Source of the DNA: Macrostomum hystrix
Lineage: Eukaryota; Animalia; Platyhelminthes
Direction of reading: 5' to 3'
DNA length: 64,000 nt
Assembly (NCBI GenBank): GCA_950097015.1
Contig: CATNEN010000001.1
Coordinates: 18,724,001-18,788,000, forward strand
The translations under genes were made by a program, and so were the position numbers. The first letter of the stretch is position 1; every line of letters starts with the position of its first letter. Below, piece by piece: positions 14,679-23,855 of this stretch. The notes below the pieces were generated by a model. That model worked only from the letters and a program-made list of their open reading frames with translations. It was not told where the DNA came from and searched no databases.

Positions 14679-15653
14679 AATCTGAGCCGGTTATTTTTGT
14701 TTCCCTCGATCTTCACTTTTAACATCCCGTTCCCCCCCGTTCCTTCCTATTGGCTCGTGACTGCCATAGACGAACTCGTTTTCACCCCCCTCTGAAAGTA
14801 ATATCCAGTGCGTATTAAGAGCATACATCAAAAATGCTTTTCAGAGTATTATATAGTTTCTAGTGTAGCTCAGCTAAGCTGAGATGCCCTTCGCTGCCAG
14901 AATCGCATGCATTTTAGTTCCCTTAGTTTCTAAGAGTTACTGCATGAACTGACAGCAATTTGTTAAATTAAATGTGTTTATGTTTTTCAGCCGAATTCAG
15001 TGCTGCCTCTTATTTTCCATGTATGTAATTATTTTCTGTTCCCTTTGGCTGTCCCTTTCGCTATTTTCTTCACAAATTGTTTTCTTTGTACCGAACGACT
15101 TTTGTATATACATTGTAAAATATATATACCGTATCAGTCCTATTTCCTATTGGCTCGTGACTGCCATAGACGAACTCGTTTTCGTCCCCCTCTGAAAGTA
15201 ATATCGTGGACTATATTACAAAAGTGTATATACAAAAGTCGTTCGGTACAAAGAAAACAATTTGTGAAGAAAATAGCGAAAGGGACAGCCAAAGGGAACA
15301 GAAAATAATTACATACATGGAAAATAAGAGGCAGCACTGAATTCGGCTGAAAAACATAAACACATTTAATTTAACAAATTGCTGTCAGTTCATGCAGTAA
15401 CTCTTAGAAACTAAGGGAACTAAAATGCATGCGATTCTGGCAGCGAAGGGCATCTCAGCTTAGCTGAGCTACACTAGAAACTAATACTCTGAAAAGCATT
15501 TTTGATGTATGCTCTTAATACGCACTGGATATTACTTTCAGAGGGGGGTGAAAACGAGTTCGTCTATGGCAGTCACGAGCCAATAGGAAGGAACGGGGGG
15601 AACGGGATGTTAAAAGTGAAGATCGAGGGAAACAAAAATAACCGGCTCAGATT
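14679..15653. repeat. ~430-bp near-perfect inverted repeat (foldback) with a 112-bp loop
   Basis: 14679-15112 is the reverse complement of 15225-15653 apart from one ~4-nt indel. The loop holds a third copy of a 62-bp segment. Confidence 0.95.
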
Positions 15654-15913
15654 GGCACTCCATTCTATTCTTTCCTTCATGGGCAAACTAGCAAAAAGTC
15701 AAGGGGAACTAAAGTACAAAAGAACTATAAAAAATAACAAAAAAAATGAAAAGTATAAATTACGTTTTTAGTCTATGGCACAAAGCTGAAGGCTAATCTA
15801 GAAAGAAATTACTGTACGACGAAGTAAAGTTATTTGTGCAGCAACACTGCAAGCCGGGACACTTATACGACTGAGAGACGTGCTGATTTTATCTACAAAT
15901 AAGCCAAGAGATA

Positions 15914-17360
15914 CACTCAGCAACATTGAAAAGTTTCCACCCTCGCGCAAGTTGTATATTTAGAGTTTCAAAACTGGTTTTTGTCGCCAGACTTGTGCCA
16001 TAGACGATTGATGATTTCGTCAACACGCACTTGGGCCATAGAATTCAAAAACTTGGGTCATAGACGCCAGACAAGTCGAAGGAAACAGTCACATGGAGCA
16101 GACAGCAGCATCTTACAGGAGTCTAAAATCCACGTTCGCAACCGAACGCAATGGTTCGCCAAATGACCGACCTGGAACGAGCGCGCGCCATTGGCATGCT
16201 GGACGCTGGGATGTCCATCCGAGCTGTTGCTCGCCAAATTGGGCGGTCACACACAGCAATCCGCAAACTGCAGATCAAGTGCAGAGAAACGGGCAGCGTG
16301 GCGCACGCCACGCGCGGCCTGCGGCTCAATATGCGCAGTACAACTAGGAGGGCGGACCGGCGATTGCTGCGAATGGTAAAGGGAAGCCCCACATTGCCAG
16401 CCACCCTGCTACGGCTGATGTGGGCTGAAAGAAGCAGGCGAGGGAATGTCCTGAGCGCCCAAACCATCCGACGACGATTGCGGGAGTCGGGGCTGCGATC
16501 CCGTAAGATGCGCAAACGGTCACGCCTGACCCCAACCCATGTGGCCAGCCGGGAACAATGGGCAATGCAAAGGGTCCACTGGAGGCAGCAGCAGTGGCGG
16601 CGAGTGATTTTCACAGATGAGAGCCGCTTTCGATTGTTCCGTGCCGACGGCCGCATTCGCGTGTGGCGCCAGCCGCGCCAGGAGATGCTGCCGCAGCACG
16701 TGCAAAACTCTGAGAGCCAGTCAGCTTCTATTCACGTGTGGGCAGGCATCACAATGCACGCGAAGACGGAGCTCGTGTTCCTGGATGCGACTGTGACTGC
16801 CGAGTCGTACGCCAACCTTCTACAGACGCGCCTGCTGCCCTTCATTGATGCTTCATGTGGTGGCGTGGGGAACTGCGTCCTACAAGACGACAACGCCCCA
16901 CCGCATCGCGCAGCCGCTGTGGCGCATCTGAAGGAGCTGCTGCACCTGCGAACCTTGCGCTGGCCGTCCCGATCACCGGACATGAATCCCATAGAGCACG
17001 TTTGGGATTACCTGAAGCGCTCGATTCGGCGCGACAATCCGCCGCAAAATGTTGCCCAACTGCGCGAATCACTGTCTACTGCATGGCAACAACTACCGCA
17101 AGATTTTCTGCGACGCCTGGTTCTGGGGATGCCCCGGAGAGTGAGCGCTCTGCTGCACTCACGTGGCTGCTATACGCGTTACTGACCCTGTTCTGGGCGA
17201 GTTGTCACCCATGCTCGCGTACTTTGTTTCTTTGCTGTTCCTTTGCTTCGGTCGATTCCGGATTATATATTTGTCTATGGCTCAAACCACGAATATCTCC
17301 ACAGACCAAAACGTTGCCCCTTCGCGCGCTAGGGTGGAAACTTTTCAATGTGGCTGAGTG
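15914..17360 (+). mobile_element. Full-length Tc1/mariner element (1447 bp) with ~35-bp TIRs and TA target-site duplication
   Basis: TA|cactcagcaacattgaaaagtttccaccctcgcgc ... gcgcgctagggtggaaacttttcaatgtggctgagtg|TA; TA at 15912-13 and 17361-62. Confidence 0.95.
16151..17185 (+). CDS. Intact Tc1-family DD34E transposase (344 aa)
   Basis: N-terminal HTH regions; VIFTDESRF, LQDDNAPPH, WPSRSPDMNPIEHVW with 34 residues between the second D and E; C-terminal MPRRV...GCYTRY. Confidence 0.95.
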   Translation: MVRQMTDLERARAIGMLDAGMSIRAVARQIGRSHTAIRKLQIKCRETGSVAHATRGLRLNMRSTTRRADRRLLRMVKGSPTLPATLLRLMWAERSRRGNVLSAQTIRRRLRESGLRSRKMRKRSRLTPTHVASREQWAMQRVHWRQQQWRRVIFTDESRFRLFRADGRIRVWRQPRQEMLPQHVQNSESQSASIHVWAGITMHAKTELVFLDATVTAESYANLLQTRLLPFIDASCGGVGNCVLQDDNAPPHRAAAVAHLKELLHLRTLRWPSRSPDMNPIEHVWDYLKRSIRRDNPPQNVAQLRESLSTAWQQLPQDFLRRLVLGMPRRVSALLHSRGCYTRY

Positions 17361-17361
17361 T

Positions 17362-18641
17362 ATGTCTGGACAGTCTGGTGCTCGACATCAAATCTTGTCG
17401 GATGCAGAAGCTGATGCACTGGTAAGTGCAACAGTACCACCAAATACGGTCAAGAAGAGTGCGTGAATGATATCGACGTTTAAAGAGTGGCACGAATGAA
17501 AAAAGAAGACTGGGCAAAGAATGGCGGCTCCTCTCTGATGGTGTATTGAAATCTATGGACGAATTTACTAGGTCCGACTTGAACTATTTGCTGAAGCTTT
17601 TCATCCTTGAGGTAAGGAATAAGAAGCATGAGCGCTACTCGGCTGGAACTCTCAAGGACTTCGTGTCTATGCTGCAGTATGAAATGCGCAATGTCTACGG
17701 AAAGGACTGGAGCCTTTGGACGGATGTTCAGTTTGCTGAAAGTAGAAAATCGCTGGATGCGGCTATGAAGCTATCAACTGCGGAAGGAAAAGGAGTCGGG
17801 CTAAAAAAGTCAGAGCCTGTGACGAAATCTATCGAAGATGATGGTGTGCTGGTGGAATGCTGGTGTGCTAGGCTCCCACAATGCTGAGCAACTAGTTCGC
17901 ACCGTAATTTGGCGAATTGGCAAGCACTTCGGTCTGCGGGGTGGTAGTGAGCTACGTGATTTGGAATTCCAGGGCGAGATCAATTTGGATGGCAGTGGGA
18001 TTGAAGAGTGCCTTGTTTACGAGGAGTGTCGGAGGACCAAGACGAATCAAGGTGGCCTGAAAGGAATTCAGAAACAACCGAAAGTAGTCAAAGCTTTCGA
18101 TGCTGCAGATCCGGAGCAATGCGTTGTGTGCCTATACATCAAGTACGTTTCGTTGCGCCCCGAGAATTGTTCAAAATCTTTGTTTCTTGCCGCCAATAAG
18201 CACTGGACGGAATCGAACGGAAAAGCCTGGTATAGTGTTCAGCCTATTGGGAAAGACACTATCTCGAAAATTGTGAAGGCCGCAGTGTCTGAAGTTCGGC
18301 CAAACAGCACTGCTCGTTTCTCGAATCAGAGCCTGCGAAAAGCATGTGCTACTCAACTCCACGAGGCTGGTGTCGAACGCGGAGACATTGCTCGGATCAC
18401 TGGTCACGCTACTACCAAGGCTCTGGAGAAATACATAGCGCCATCAACAACACGACAGAAGATCCAAAGTGCTATTTTGAGTGGAGACGCCACCGAGGCT
18501 TCTGCTGCAAGTATCATACAACAGTCTCGTGTTACCGTGTCCGACGTCAATACCGAGGTTTCTATTGAACCACCTGCTAGTAAGCGCATGCTCATCGAGG
18601 CAGACGGTGAAAAAAACGTTGTGAAAATCACATTCTGTTAG
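17362..18641 (+). pseudogene. Crypton-type tyrosine recombinase 1 (DUF3504-like), disrupted
   Basis: Reconstructed MSGQSGARHQILSDAEADALVSATVPPNTVKKSA*MISTFKEW..FILEVRNKKHERYSAGTL..FGLRGGSE..KTNQGGL..WYSVQPIGKDTI..SNQSLRKACATQL..TGH..LEKY. Two in-frame TGA and two frameshifts; HxxR reads QxxR. Confidence 0.88.
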
Positions 18642-19230
18642 TCATTATAAGTCCGAAACGAACTTTATATCACACATTTTTTGTCCTACAGTTGTAATTA
18701 AGCTTTTGTGTGCTACACTTTTTGCTAGTTTTTGTTAGTCTATGGTTGTTGTCTCGAATTTATCAGCCCGCGGGGCAGCGGGAAATATATGAATCCTTCA
18801 GGCTTTATAGGCCAGAAAGGATGAGAATGCGAGGGCTGCGAAGCGGCACGAGGATTTCCGACTTTCTGCCCTAGACAGCGTGAAGGATTAGTATTCCTTT
18901 TTGATTCTAAGGGCGGGCCGAGAAACGTTATTCCTCGGCCCGCGAATCAAACTGCATTGGTTTGAATGGAAACGAAGAACAAGTCACGTTTCTTGGCCCA
19001 CTAGAAAATGATATTCTATGGAAGAAAAGCCTTCTGCTCCCTTGTCGGGGTGTGGGGGCAGAGCCCCCACTATTAACCATAGACAAATTTCTAGAATACA
19101 GTTCCAGAAAAGCCTTTGAGTTCGATAGAGAATCATCTCTCTTGTCAGATAGAACAGAAATAGACAGAAATATCGTTTCATTCCATCTTACGTGTCACTC
19201 CAGTTCATTCTAGTTATAGAACGCATACAC

Positions 19231-20656
19231 ATGATAGACTACTCCTGTATAGAGGGAGGAGAGATTAATGGTCTGGAGCGCGAGGAGATCGACTTTGTGT
19301 GTCAACTGCGTGGCCGTGGACGATTGTTTAACCAATACACCGGCCTGCCTGTACCTGGAATTGGACACAGTCGTGCGTTGGACAACGGCGTTTTGGACGC
19401 CCTTGTATCCGATTTGGCCGCCGAAGCGAACGGTGATAATCAACTCAGGGAGTTATCGCCTGAAGAAGTGGGTGCGATTTTAGACGTGGAGACGGCCTCT
19501 CGCGTAGCCTCTACAGATGCCAAAACAAAACAGTGTGTGGAGAAATTTAAGACATTTTTGCGCAAGGAGAATCTTCCTGATTGTATTGACAGCATGCCTC
19601 TAAGGTATCTTGTTGAGTACATGCGCTTATGGTTTGCACCCCTACAAAGGGCAGACGGAGATGCCTACAGCGTCAGCACGTTGGCAGGCTTTCGTGCCAG
19701 CCTCCATCGTCACTTTAAAGAGGTGAGGGATTTGGAAGTGATTGGCAATGTAGCCTTTCAGAAGTTTTGACAAGACCGACAAAGCTACTCTAGCCGCATC
19801 CGTGAAACGGAACAGACACGTTGGAGAGCAGAGCGGCTTTCAAGCCATCACCGACGAGTATGTTGTGAAGCTCGGATCGTACTTTGATCGAACTACGCCT
19901 GTGAAACTACAAGATGAGGTTTTCTACAATTTGTGTACGCATTTTGGCTTCAGAGGACGCCAGCTGACGAAGGACGCTATTGTCTTCTCTGAGGAGGCTG
20001 GAACTGCCTGCATCGACTTGGTCATGTCCGGTAAAGAGAAGACAACTAATGCTGCCAACCCATGTACGGGAAAGCAGATTAAGATGTATGCCACCAATAA
20101 CCCATCAACGTGTCCTGTTGCCGCGGTGCGCCTTTATTTAACCTTGCTGCCCCCTGCAGGTGTGAGTGATTTGTTTCCAAGGCCGTTGGCGAAATTCTCT
20201 ACGGAACAGTGGTACAGCGCAACTCAAGTTCTCGGTAAGAACACCCTGAACGACATGATGGTTCGGATCTCTACAAGGGCGAATCTATCACGCAAGTACA
20301 CAAATCATTGCATTCGTGCTACTGTCGTCACGACATTATCAAACAAAGGCATTGCAGTCGGCGACATCCAATGTGTTACTGGTCACAAAAGACCAGAGTC
20401 AATCCAGAGGTACACAAAACGGATCTCGCCAACAAAGAAACGGCAACTGTCAGACGCTCTGACCATTGCTTCGCCATCATCTGGTTTGATCGTTGAACAA
20501 GTCACGAGCTATGTCACATCTCCATCGTCTGGTCCGAGCGTAGGTCTTACATCGAGCACTATCAAAGTGTCTACCATGGATTGCGAGCAGCGTACTAGTG
20601 ACATTCATGGAGTTCTGCCGACTGCTGTACTAGAAAAGAATGGTAGTCGCCTGTGA
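19231..20656 (+). pseudogene. Crypton-type tyrosine recombinase 2, one frameshift at ~19765
   Basis: ..LQRADGDAYSVSTLAGFRASLHRHF..TPVKLQDEVFY..FGFRGR..EKT..CPVAAVRLYL..WYS..LGKNTLNDMM..YTNHCIRATVVTTL..TGHKRPESIQRY. Catalytic R, K, HxxR, H and Y are all present. The frameshift is in a T-run and could be a sequencing error. Confidence 0.88.
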
Positions 20657-21404
20657 GACTCTTCTTCCTGTGAGTGTCTCTTAGCCACACCCATAGTCCA
20701 AGTAGTCATAGACAGACTGTGTTAAATGTAATTTCTCTGTCCGAACCGGCAAGAGATCAGAGACACTCACAGGAAGAATAACAGGCGACTACAAATCTAT
20801 GACTACTTGGACTATGGGTGTGGCTAATTGTGTGTTTTTTCATCTCCCCTGTTTGTTATTATTGTTACTGCTCTTGTCATTACTGTTGTACTTTTATGCG
20901 CTGCCGTACTCCATTAAATATAATTGTTTTTTCTTTCATTCTATATGTCTATGGCCCAGCCCGACAGCGGGCATAGGATGGGCCGTTCCTAAAGCAGTCC
21001 TGCCCGCAAAATCAAGCAGGAATAAATGATTTATTCTGCTAATAAATGAAATAAATGAAAACATGCGTCACATAGACACTCGCCCGGGGCAAAAGGGGGA
21101 TACATGGACCTGGAGACTAGTGGAAAATTATATTTTTGCCTGGCAAGCGCTCATTCCACTTATTGTTAGAGTAGCTCTGAGAAGTCCACAAACACGACAA
21201 CTGGACAAACACGACAATAGCCGTGACAGCTTTCCGAAATGGTTCAATAATTTCACGTTGTGAATTCGCAGTACAAACAATTCACATGCGGAGCAAACAG
21301 AAATAGCTTCGCAGGACGAATATTTATACTGAGACAGGACTTTACAACTGGTGTATAATGCAAGCCAAAAGTATAATTGCAGACTTTTTTATTAGTCCAC
21401 GACC

Positions 21405-23066
21405 ATGCAGCAGGTAAAGATAGCTCTGGGATCGTCAACATCTCATGGCTTGCCCAGAATAGTAGCTAGCAAGCCAGTTTATGTGCGAATAGCTTGGCTG
21501 CTGCTGTACCTGCTCATGCTGACCTTCTTCTTCAGGGGCTTGGTGGAGCTCATTGGCAAGCTGCAGTCTAGAAAAGTGACAACTTTCATCGAGTCTGAGA
21601 GTGAGAAGTTCCAGTTCCCGGATTTGTACGTTTGCTTCGAAAATCCAATTTCGGGGAGCTACTCAGGACACATTGACGTCGCCACAGCTGCCACCATCAA
21701 CAAGGTATTCGATGCCATAGATACTGAAGTTAATATCCTAGCAAAAATGTACAACTTTACAGAACAACAGGCAAATCAAATGAAAATACAAAACAGCTTC
21801 GTGTACGTGTTCGGACTGCCGTACAAGATGTTAATAGACAAGCTCGCTCACCGAACTGAGCAAAGTGTCATTTCCAGCAAAATTATCTATATCGACAACA
21901 CGGGTGCGCCCAGATCTGCAGACATTGAATTCGGCGAGTTTAATCACCCTCTGTACCTTCGCTGCCTGCAGTGGATCATCAATAGCACCTGGAGGGAGAA
22001 GATGTCTACGGCAGACTCGTGGTCAGGACTGACTGTCACCTTGCTCTTGGATTCTAACTCTTCTTTCCTACACCTGGGAGGGCATTCCGTTCCGCAGAGA
22101 ACCTTTACTTCCATGGGCATGCAGATCCCAGTGTCAGACTGGTCCATGTCCCTGAAGGACTACAATGAAGCAGACAGGGTAGCCGGTCTCAAGGTGTTCC
22201 TCTGTCCACCTGGGGAGTACCCGTCTGACTTTGTGAGCTCATTCTCTCTAGGCCCAGGTAAGTACCACTCGGTGGAGATAAAAATGACTAAGCAAGTCTA
22301 CCAGGAGAACCAGTTCGACTGTGTTGGAAGCGAGCCCAAAGTTCAATTCGTGAATCCGTACGACCTGTCTGCGTACAGCCACGCATACAGCTACTCATAT
22401 TGTTACTACTATGAGTACCATAGGCTGCACCAGCAGCTGTTTAATTTGTCAGGACAAATAAGCCCGCTGCCCTGGCCATTAAGAAGTCACAAGTTTATTT
22501 ACAACCTAACAGGCACTCCGCACTATGGCAGTGTGATTTACGACCAGTCAGTGTGGAGTGAACTCGAAAAGTTTGCTGAAAAAATACGCTCGACTTGTTC
22601 ACAAAGGCGGCCCTGTACCAAACTGGATTACAGCCCGAGCATTTCCAGTGCTGACTGGCCAACTCGGAACTCCCTGACTCGCTTCATCAACAGCTCCGTG
22701 AGGCTCGCCTGGAAGCAGGCTACGGCCAGGAACCTGAGCGTTCCTGTGCTCGACTTCCTGATGACTGGCAGCGGATCCAGTGTGACCACCTATGTACACA
22801 GCGACCTGCTGAAACTCCACCTAAAGCCATTGGACGTTACATGCGATAGAATTACATTCTCCATTGACTATGGGCTAACAAACTTTGTCTCGGAAGTTGG
22901 CGGCATCATGGGCATCTATCTGGGCATGTCGCTTCTAACCCTGTGCGAGCTGCTTGAGTTCCTGCACAACTGTGTAGCTTCCAGCTGCTGCTCAAAGCCT
23001 CGCTGTCTCTCTTCTAAGGTAGAAGAGTGCGCTGTGAAATCCACTAGTTTAGAGATGTCCGATTAG
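21405..23066 (+). CDS. DEG/ENaC (amiloride-sensitive channel) family subunit, intronless, 553 aa
   Basis: STSHGLPRI (HG motif), TM1 RIAWLLLYLLMLTFFF, FPDLYVC, Cys-containing ectodomain, TM2 FVSEVGGIMGIYLGMSLLTLCELLEF. Confidence 0.9.
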   Translation: MQQVKIALGSSTSHGLPRIVASKPVYVRIAWLLLYLLMLTFFFRGLVELIGKLQSRKVTTFIESESEKFQFPDLYVCFENPISGSYSGHIDVATAATINKVFDAIDTEVNILAKMYNFTEQQANQMKIQNSFVYVFGLPYKMLIDKLAHRTEQSVISSKIIYIDNTGAPRSADIEFGEFNHPLYLRCLQWIINSTWREKMSTADSWSGLTVTLLLDSNSSFLHLGGHSVPQRTFTSMGMQIPVSDWSMSLKDYNEADRVAGLKVFLCPPGEYPSDFVSSFSLGPGKYHSVEIKMTKQVYQENQFDCVGSEPKVQFVNPYDLSAYSHAYSYSYCYYYEYHRLHQQLFNLSGQISPLPWPLRSHKFIYNLTGTPHYGSVIYDQSVWSELEKFAEKIRSTCSQRRPCTKLDYSPSISSADWPTRNSLTRFINSSVRLAWKQATARNLSVPVLDFLMTGSGSSVTTYVHSDLLKLHLKPLDVTCDRITFSIDYGLTNFVSEVGGIMGIYLGMSLLTLCELLEFLHNCVASSCCSKPRCLSSKVEECAVKSTSLEMSD

Positions 23067-23855
23067 TGAGAGCAAGGAAGCGACCACTAATTTACAGGCA
23101 CAGCTGCATTGCTACTGCTACTGCTATTGCAGTTATGCGAAAAAATATGACTATGGAAAATGGAAAACGAACCTCATTTAAATGTAGGTGACCACTGAGA
23201 TCTAACTACAGATATGTAATATTTACTGCCAGAAAGTAAATTTTTCTTTTTTAAAGAATAAGAAAATTTAAAGTTTGAGAGGGGCGGGAATTATGACCGT
23301 CACTTCAGAAGCTGACTGCTTTTCCTGAAAGTAACCCAAGTTTTTTTTGTCTCAGTTTTGTCCAGCATCACACACTGCATCATTCTCAGCGATTGCATCA
23401 AAAAGTAACCAGGTATTGGAATATTACCTGGCTAGCGTTGCGCTTCAGTATCAATTGCCAACTGCTAAGAACTGCTTTTAACTTATATAAAAAAAATTTT
23501 CGAGGTCCCGAACATGCTGCTGCAATTTAAAAAAATTGATATAAAACACAGACAACAAGAAATTTAAGGCTTCATGTTCTTATTTTTATTCAAGTAAATA
23601 AATACAAATTTCTCCTTAAGTACTTAATTAAAGTAGCTAGCATACAAACAACTTTAATATACTTGTTGTCACCTGTATTTTCTAAGAAAGTTGCTTCAAT
23701 TGCTGATGTCATTGCTTTTAATCATCTCAGTAAAGTATTATCTCTTGCTTCGTAAGCCGATGCTTGCTTGGTTACAAATAAAATAATAATAATATCTTTG
23801 TAATCTTGTTAATTATCTCTATTTCACTTACAATTATCTGCAGCATATTTTTTAG

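Larger units (their letters stand above)
14424..21077 (+). mobile_element. Crypton-like tyrosine-recombinase locus (two YR genes plus structured non-coding modules); ends approximate
   Basis: Two YR genes (17362-18641, 19231-20656), two similar hairpin modules (14424-14771, 18738-19084), a shortened third module (20947-21077) and recurrent CCATAGAC motifs. Confidence 0.7.

Noticed and set aside
16855-17466. 203-aa ORF spanning the Tc1 end
   Set aside because: Chimeric read-through of a Tc1 alternative frame into the YR1 N-terminus (MSGQSG...).
17362-20656. Bacterial/phage integrase contamination or a DIRS retrotransposon
   Set aside because: The genes sit among intron-containing animal genes, the motifs are Crypton/DUF3504-like, and there is no RT/RNase H or gag nearby.
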